Assembly (NCBI GenBank): GCA_951406725.2
Contig: OX597815.1
Location: 170,252,001 to 170,316,000, forward strand
DNA: 64,000 nucleotides
Direction: 5' to 3'
DNA from: Octopus vulgaris
Lineage: Eukaryota
The translations under genes were made by a program, and so were the position numbers. Below, piece by piece: positions 56,649 through 64,000 of this stretch (position 1 is the first letter of the stretch; each line of letters opens with the position of its first letter). The notes beneath the pieces are model-generated. The model was not told the origin of the DNA. It did no database searches and saw only the letters and a list, made by a program, of their open reading frames with translations.

Positions 56649-57839
56649 GTGTGCGTGTCTGTATGAAAATCAAATGACAGTCTAAACTACTATCCGAATA
56701 ATTCTTTCAAATTTTAGCAGAAGGCCAACAAGATGACAGAAAATTAGCAAGTCAAGTGCATCGATCTAGTAAGTGACAAGTACTTTATAATGTGCCTATA
56801 AATTCAAAAGATAGGTTCTTTTCACATACTATGTCATACTGATTCTACCTGCGAATTATGGATACACGTGTCTTTGTGATGCTCAGCTATTCTTACATTG
56901 ATTTAGGAGCCTTTTATGCAGCTGATCGAACTCCTGAATTCTCATAGTTGAATGACGAAGACACCTCATATGCATATACAAACACATCACACAAATCCAC
57001 ATATACTCAACACATCCACACCACACTCAAACACACACACACACAAATTCACACACACAGCAATTACACAAATTAATGCAAGATGTATATGTACGTGTTA
57101 ACAGCTAAAGTAGTAAATCTGAAATAGCAAAACTAAATATCAAAGGTAAATAACATGTGACTGAAATCAAACTACGTACTTCTTAATAAAAGCGTGAAAG
57201 TGCTATCCAATTCACTAGACTGAGTGCGTAGTATGTTTAACTCTTAGATTATTATAATGTCTCTCTGCTTTTGCTATTCACTGTACAGATAGGTTCCTTC
57301 CACTAATGTCATTATAGCACTATATCTTTTCTTTAATCGTTGAACTGAAGAGAATTAATCCCTCGAAAGTTAATTTTATATCAACGGATATTAAAATAAA
57401 GATATTAAACATTATACTCATGCGATCAACAATTAATGGTCTATGCCAAATCCTCAGGACCGCCAGTATGTAGCCAAAATTGAACAACGTATCGGTTAAT
57501 TCCTTATTTTAATCTAAAATTGACGTGCCAATGCTTATCTATATGCAAGATTAGCTACGAAGAATCCAATCAGTTTGGAATCACTATTCATTTTCGTCTG
57601 TTTGGATTTTCATGAAAGAAGCACTAGTGAAATTCTGGGGAATACAATTTAATTAGCTATAGTTAAGAATACGTGTTCTTGAAGTCGATTGTCACTATCG
57701 TAGAAGGTGGAACATTATGTATACGGGTCTTTTATGATTTTAATTTTAGAAGTTAATAAGTGTTTTAGTATAAAAACTAAAAGTAGGGAAATTTAATTAA
57801 TGTTATGATGATAAAGCTATAAAAGCAACAAGGTTATGT

Positions 57840-58150
57840 GAAGACATCTTGTGTTCTTAATACTCCTTTCGATTTAAGAGGAATAAATAATGCGCTTAGT
57901 TGAGCGATTTTATGGTGCAAAACGGATGCAAAATATGTATTTTAAAAGAAATTTCAGTTAGACAGCTTCTACGCGAAGACTTAAACAAATTCTGTTGTAA
58001 AAAAGAGTTATTGGAAAGGTTACAAAAATAGGAGTCCATGGGAATATGCAAGTATCTCATCAATATAATTTTGTACAAGAATTTAGAACGGTGTTGCCAA
58101 GACATGTGCATAATCTTGGGTTTTGCAAAAATGGAGGATAAACCTAGAAA
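57840..58150 (-). mobile_element. Possible decayed Penelope-like ORF end
   Basis: ORF 57896..58111 ends CLTEI..ILHP..SLN, similar to the PLE C-terminus. Confidence 0.35.
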
Positions 58151-58483
58151 GAAAGCAACACTTACGAAAAAGAAAAAAAATCAGTAACAAAAACGAAGCC
58201 GTTCAAATAAACAACCTGAAAAGAATATGCATACAATTGAATACGTGGAGCAGAATGTGTAATAGAAGTAAGAGTCTGACCAACATGTCCTGTAATGCTG
58301 CGATAAATGAAATTTTTATGACAATGATATCACAAATCAAATTGATCTGAATGTTTAATTTACAGTGTTATGAGGAGGATTTAAGCGTGTGATCATTCTC
58401 TATATCTCTGTTCAGACATGATCATATTTATGTGTATGTGTATGTATATATATATATAGTTAAATATGTGTATCTCTCTATAT

Positions 58484-58568
<85 letters not shown>

Positions 58569-58698
58569 TATATATATAGATACATACATGTATGAATATA
58601 TATATTATTATTATTATTTTTATTAACTACATTTACTTAATGTAGTTAATACGCCGCATGTATTTTCCGGTGGCTGCTATAGCATGGTAGATTATATA

Positions 58699-58848
58699 CA
58701 CTCTCAAAGCGTCAGGTGTTAAACCAAGACTGAGGTGTTTTAACAACCGGTGCTTTGGGACTGTATATACTCCACCACGTCATTGCAACCACCTGAAAGT
58801 ATACGAAACATATATATTAAGTATATGCATTTAATAATATCTATTACG

Positions 58849-58851
<3 letters not shown>
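58699..58851 (+). repeat. Direct repeat, copy 2
   Basis: Matches 55938-56090. Confidence 0.92.
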
Positions 58852-58886
<35 letters not shown>

Positions 58887-58926
58887 GTGTGGTGTGTCTG
58901 TATGTAAGTGAAATGACAATCTAATC

Positions 58927-59355
58927 AAGTGGTTTTCAAACATTTCAAAGAATTTTACTTGCCACCTCCTACAGCTTTTTCGATGATTCGTGGTCCCCTA
59001 TAAAATTCAGGGTAATCAACGTGGAAAAAAATGACACACATTCATGTACTATAATTTCAGGACTCTGAACCGCATTGTCCATAGAGCTACAACCCTGAAA
59101 ACCGCAACTTAATCCAGGGAACTTCCCAATGGGATACAATAAATGCATATGTAAATATGGGGAATCAGTTGATCAATTGGTTACAGAAAAAACTGAGGCC
59201 AATGACAAAAAAAAAAAATGATAGCATGCGAAAAATTGGAAGCCTTGAAATTTTAAAACTAAGCTGTCTCAAGCCACCCCGTTTTTAATGATACTTCAGC
59301 GTCCCTTCGCGGTCCCTCTAAAATCGCTTCGTGGACTCCTGTTTGAGGACCACTG
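58927..59355. mobile_element. hAT (Charlie-like) MITE
   Basis: TIRs AAGTGGTTTTCAAAC / GTTTGAGGACCACTG; degenerate 8-bp TSD ATCTAATC / GCCTAATC. Confidence 0.75.
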
Positions 59356-59694
59356 GCCTAATCTAATCTAACGAAGGACTTATTCAAAATAATCTCCGGA
59401 ACAAATATATTTTATATATTTGACAGATAATAGATAATAGTGATTACGTAATATGTTAAACATATCATCTCACCAATGTACTACGTATATGACAGTGAGT
59501 GGAAACAATTGTAGTGATATGAATTGAAGAATATGGTTCATTCTATATTCTTTTATTTATCTCTTTATGTATATAAGCACACACACACACACATATATAT
59601 ATATATAATTAATATAGGATAAAATTTTTTTCGGGAAAAAAATTTTATCAATGGCCAGCATATCAAAAAATGCCTTTAAAGGTAAAATTTATAC

Positions 59695-60289
59695 ATAATT
59701 TACAAGATAAGGGCAGAAGAAAAATTCTAATGCCAAAAGTGGCTGTGTGGTAAGTAGCTTGCTAACCAACCACATGGTTCCGGGTTCAGTCCGTCCCACT
59801 GCGTGGCATCTTGGGCAAGTGTCTTCTGCTATAGCCCCGGGCCGACCAATGCCTTGTAAGTGGATTTGGTAGACGGAAACTGAAAGAAGCCTGTCGTATA
59901 TATGTATATATATATATATGTGTGTGTGTGTGCGTTTGTGTTTGTCTACCTAGCATTGCTTGACAACCGATGCTGGTGTGTTTACGTCCCCGTCACTTAG
60001 CGGTTCGGCAAAAGAGAACGATAGAATAAGTACTGGGCTTACAAAGAATAAGTCCCGGGGTCGATTTGTTCGACTAAAGGTGGTGCTCCAGCATGGCCGC
60101 AGTCAAATGACTGAAACAAGTAAAAGAGTAAAAGAGTAAAGAGTATGCCGAAACAAAAAATTGTCGATAACCATTATAATTTATGCGTCTCGAGACGCAT
60201 AATTCGAGACGCATAAATTATGATGGTTATCGACAATTTTTTGTTTCGGCATATTTGGCATTAGAATTTTTCTTCTGCCCTTATCTGGT

Positions 60290-60296
<7 letters not shown>
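59695..60296. repeat. About 200-bp palindrome with its left arm split by a SINE
   Basis: 59695-59737 plus 60144-60193 is complementary to 60204-60296. Confidence 0.9.
59738..60143 (+). mobile_element. SINE family A, slightly 5'-truncated
   Basis: Starts AGTGGCTGTGTGG, ends in GAGTAAAA repeats. Confidence 0.93.
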
Positions 60297-60332
<36 letters not shown>

Positions 60333-60440
60333 ACGCCTTATGGCAGGAACAGAATGTGATGAGAATGTGAGAGGGTAGGAGCGAGAAAAAGAAAAGTGAA
60401 AGGAACGAAGAAAGTGTAAAAGGGGCTAAAGGAATATATA

Positions 60441-60476
<36 letters not shown>

Positions 60477-60779
60477 TGTATGTATGTATGTATGTATGTA
60501 TGTATGTATGTATCTTTATATATCAAAATAAGCAACAAGGATATCTAGATGTAATGAAGTACGACTGTTTCATGCAACTATATTTAATTGAACAATGCAA
60601 TCTTTACTTCAATTTAAATCTTCAGCTGCACAAAGACATAGAATTTAATCAAATTAGAACAGATGGACACATTTGTATAATTATACCAAAAATCTCCAAG
60701 AAGGTAAGGAGATAGACAAAGAATATGCTGTTTCACTCCAGCATTGAATTTACTAACTTTTCAAGAAGATTTACATTGT

Positions 60780-61230
60780 TACAGACTACCTGTCACTGTT
60801 TTTTTTATGGGGTCAGTTTTAATTTATAGACTAGTTTATCAAATCCTTTGTATATCTAAGGCTGACAGAACATATATACGAGGTATTGGAGTAATAAATC
60901 CAAGCTGGTTCCTTAGTTAGTACTCTTGCGAATACTAGCTAACAGAATGCATGTAAATACACTGTTTATCATAAACAAAATCGTCCATGTAAACAGAGTT
61001 TCTAGGCTCAATAAATCAGTGAGAGCATATATAAAGTCAAAGAATGAAATTTATGGTATTACATTTAATTCTTCAGTTACGTGCGTATCGACGCTACATT
61101 GAATACACATTTCATGACTAAATATAAATGTAAATATGAGCATAAATACTGTAAACTAAGGCGTTTCATTATTTAATATTTATGTTCATGAAATGTGTCT
61201 TCTATGTAGTGTAGAAACGCACGTGTTATA
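60780..61230 (+). mobile_element. Possible decayed Penelope-like GIY-YIG fragment
   Basis: TCHC, LVYQILC..TYI and CLLCSVET motifs occur in the expected order. Confidence 0.35.
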
Positions 61231-61512
61231 TAAAGTACCATAAAGTACCATAAAGTATATAGAGTACCATAAAGTATTATATAGAGTACCATAAATTTCA
61301 CTCTTTGATTTGTGTGTGTATATATATATATGTATATATATATATGCTGTTGATGTCAACGTGGAATAATTGCTCTTTTGGAAATAAAGATCCAATTGTA
61401 TATAAAGCTATAAATAGTATATATAGTATATAAAGCTATCAATAATAACACGTAAATATATCTTGAAAAAGACTTTTGGATATAAAAATATAGCGCGCTC
61501 TCTCTCTCCCTC

Positions 61513-61570
<58 letters not shown>

Positions 61571-62794
61571 ATAATAATTCTTCACTCCCCACTTGCTTAG
61601 ATTAGTTCCTGTTGCTTGTTTAAAATATTTCTATATATTATCTTTTTCTATGGAATACAATTACTCATCACAACCACTTTACAGGACTATATCTTACACT
61701 ACCTCGGTATTTTTTTTATTTAACATTTCCTTCGAACAATTGCATGACCCACCATGTATCGGGCTAAATCTTTATATATCTCCCCCTACACCTCCTTTTC
61801 TCTCGAATTGTTTTTTTTTATAATTATATCTTTCCTTAGTGTATAATATAACTAATTTTTGTACTTTATTTTATTTGCATAATGTGTCCATTTAAACCCC
61901 CCCAACTTACCCATTCTAACTTTTACTGGTTTATGTTACTTGTCACTATATCGGATAATTAAATATATTTTACTGCTGATATATGCAAACATGTATGCAC
62001 ATATAGTACTTCTTGGTGTCCTGCATGTCTACAGCTATGTATGCATGTCTAGGTATGGATCATATATGTCATCTGTGTGTATATATCTATTATTTTTTGT
62101 TTATTTACTATGTGCTGTCACTAACATGTATCGTTTAATATGTACGTGTGTATCTGCGTGTATACGTATGTTTCGCATACACACATATAAATACTACTTT
62201 TTTTAAATATATGTGTGTATCTATATCTATATGTGCATGCCTTTTCTGTCTTCGCACTGGTATGAGCGTATACACATATTTGTACGGTGGCTTTTTTTAT
62301 GCATACCCTAATGAAAAAACAACTATAATTCCTACAGCTAAGTATACTAATGTGCAAATATGCCTCTCCTCTCATATGAGTAAATATACTAACACTTTTT
62401 CTTAATAAGATTATTTTTTCTCTGATATATATAGATATTTTTGTATACTTATGTGCACCACCATACTCGTAACTTTTCTCATATTCATAATACACAATAC
62501 TCTTCTATTACTTGAATATTAATACTACTCTAATACCATTATACCAAGCTAGTTTCTTATCTCATAATTTTCCCCAATTGCTAGTTTAAACTATCCGGTC
62601 TGCAGCCATAGAAATTTAGTAGTGCTCTTTACATTCAAGAAAATTATTCTGAGATGCAAACGTTTGTATTATTGCATGTGGTTCTATGTGTCTGTTACTG
62701 CGCGTATGTGCATCTGAAGAAAGTTGTATGTGTGTTTATGTGTGAATGTGTTAATGTGCTTGTATATTCTTCTGTATTTACATATGCATATATG

Positions 62795-63172
62795 ATTTAT
62801 AAGGGTTTTATACCAGGTGTCTTTGGGGTTTCGCATGGTGTTATTCAGTTTGTAACTTATGAAGGAATGAAATCTAAATATAATAAGTTTTACGAGAGAC
62901 CAATACATTATAGTTCACAGAAACACATAACTTTTACTGCCATATCAAAATTGATTGCTGCTGCAGCAACATGAACATACCGCGATCACGGTTCCAAGAA
63001 AAACATGCATTCCATGTTAGTTGTACAGAGGACCTTGAAAAGACATGAAGAAATGAAGGAAGATTACAAGGAATGTACAAAGGATTTCCGGTCTAGATAA
63101 CTCTAACCCTAAACCTGCCTCCCAAAATGTATCAAGGTGTTTCAGCAAACTGTTTAGGGGCCAGTTGGTTTG
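62795..63172 (+). pseudogene. SLC25A32: Mitochondrial folate/FAD carrier-like pseudogene fragment
   Basis: YKGFIPGVFGVSHGVIQFVTYEGMKSKYN..ITFTAISKLIAAAAT, then RSRFQEKH..KT*RNEG..GMYKG; stops and a frameshift. Recognised from recalled similarity to human SLC25A32. Confidence 0.8.
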
Positions 63173-63261
63173 GGGAATATGCTTGTATGTATGTATGTAT
63201 GTATGTGTATGTATGTATGTATGTATGTATGTATGTATATGCGTGTATATATATATATATA

Positions 63262-63556
63262 TGGAGGCGCAATGGCCCAGTGGTTAGGGCAGCGGACTCG
63301 CGGCCGTAGGATCGCGGTATCAGATTCCCAGACCGGGCGTTGTGAGTGTTTATTGAGCGAAAACACCTAAAATGCTCCACGAGGCTCCGGCAAGGGGGGG
63401 GGGTGATCCCTGCTGTACTCTTTCACCACTCTTTCTCTCACTCTTCCTTCTGTTGGCCTGCTCGCTTAGTCAGCGGAGTGGCGTCATTCGAAGGCTAAAA
63501 TAATGCGAACGCATTGTGACCAGCGATGTGTAACAACATCTGATGGTCTGGTCGGT

Positions 63557-63564
<8 letters not shown>
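63262..63564 (+). mobile_element. SINE family C (tRNA-Arg-like; resembles the octopus OR-type SINEs), full length
   Basis: TGGCCCAGTGG A-box, ACTCGCG anticodon loop, B-box-like segment; tail ends GGTCACGTGA; inside (TA)n. Confidence 0.88.
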
Positions 63565-63614
<50 letters not shown>

Positions 63615-63826
63615 CCCATCCACTTACTTTTTTTCCTTAGTGCCCGACGTTCACTTGCCGTCGAAACATTGACGTTATATTCACTCTGATTTTTATTACA
63701 TTTCAAATAATTTATGTTTCGCTTCTGCTTTTAGATAATGCTTCTCGCTAGCGTATCGTTTTTTAAACAGTAACTAGAGGTATATGTATATACTACATAT
63801 ATGTCATATATTCACACACACATAAA

Positions 63827-63867
<41 letters not shown>

Positions 63868-64000
63868 TCCTGCACACGTATGCCTGGGTGTTTATATAGA
63901 GACACATAGGTAGAGAAGGGGAGAATATGCATGCGTTTGTGCACAATAAGCCTCCTTTAACTAATACAATTGATTCTAACGCGACACATACCAATTAATC

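Noticed and set aside
63100-63117. Telomere-like CTAACCCTAA at the pseudogene junction
   Set aside because: Under two repeat units, which can occur by chance.
63262-63337. tRNA-Arg(TCG) gene
   Set aside because: The cloverleaf is imperfect and continues into a repeated SINE body; same for 54454.

Overview
AT-rich, microsatellite-saturated animal DNA with no intact protein-coding gene that I can support. The tRNA-derived SINE families and repeat landscape suggest a cephalopod, probably Octopus (inference). Almost all supplied ORFs are translations of (TA)n, (CA)n, (TATG)n or trinucleotide repeats. The window holds at least four SINE families, a 5'-truncated R4/Dong-like LINE ending in (TAA)n, a decayed mariner, a Tc1 fragment, mariner and hAT MITEs, a complete non-autonomous Helitron, several decayed Penelope-like (GIY-YIG) fragments, and a disrupted, domain-permuted SLC25A32-like fragment. 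The most notable pattern is a set of short non-coding elements next to (TA)n tracts that carry hammerhead ribozyme folds (32171-32221, 36997-37048, 38014-38064, 50756-50836). Two of these sit inside near-perfect DNA palindromes. A further family with five copies has a conserved non-canonical hammerhead-like core. All folds and translations were read by eye and coordinates may be off by a few bases.
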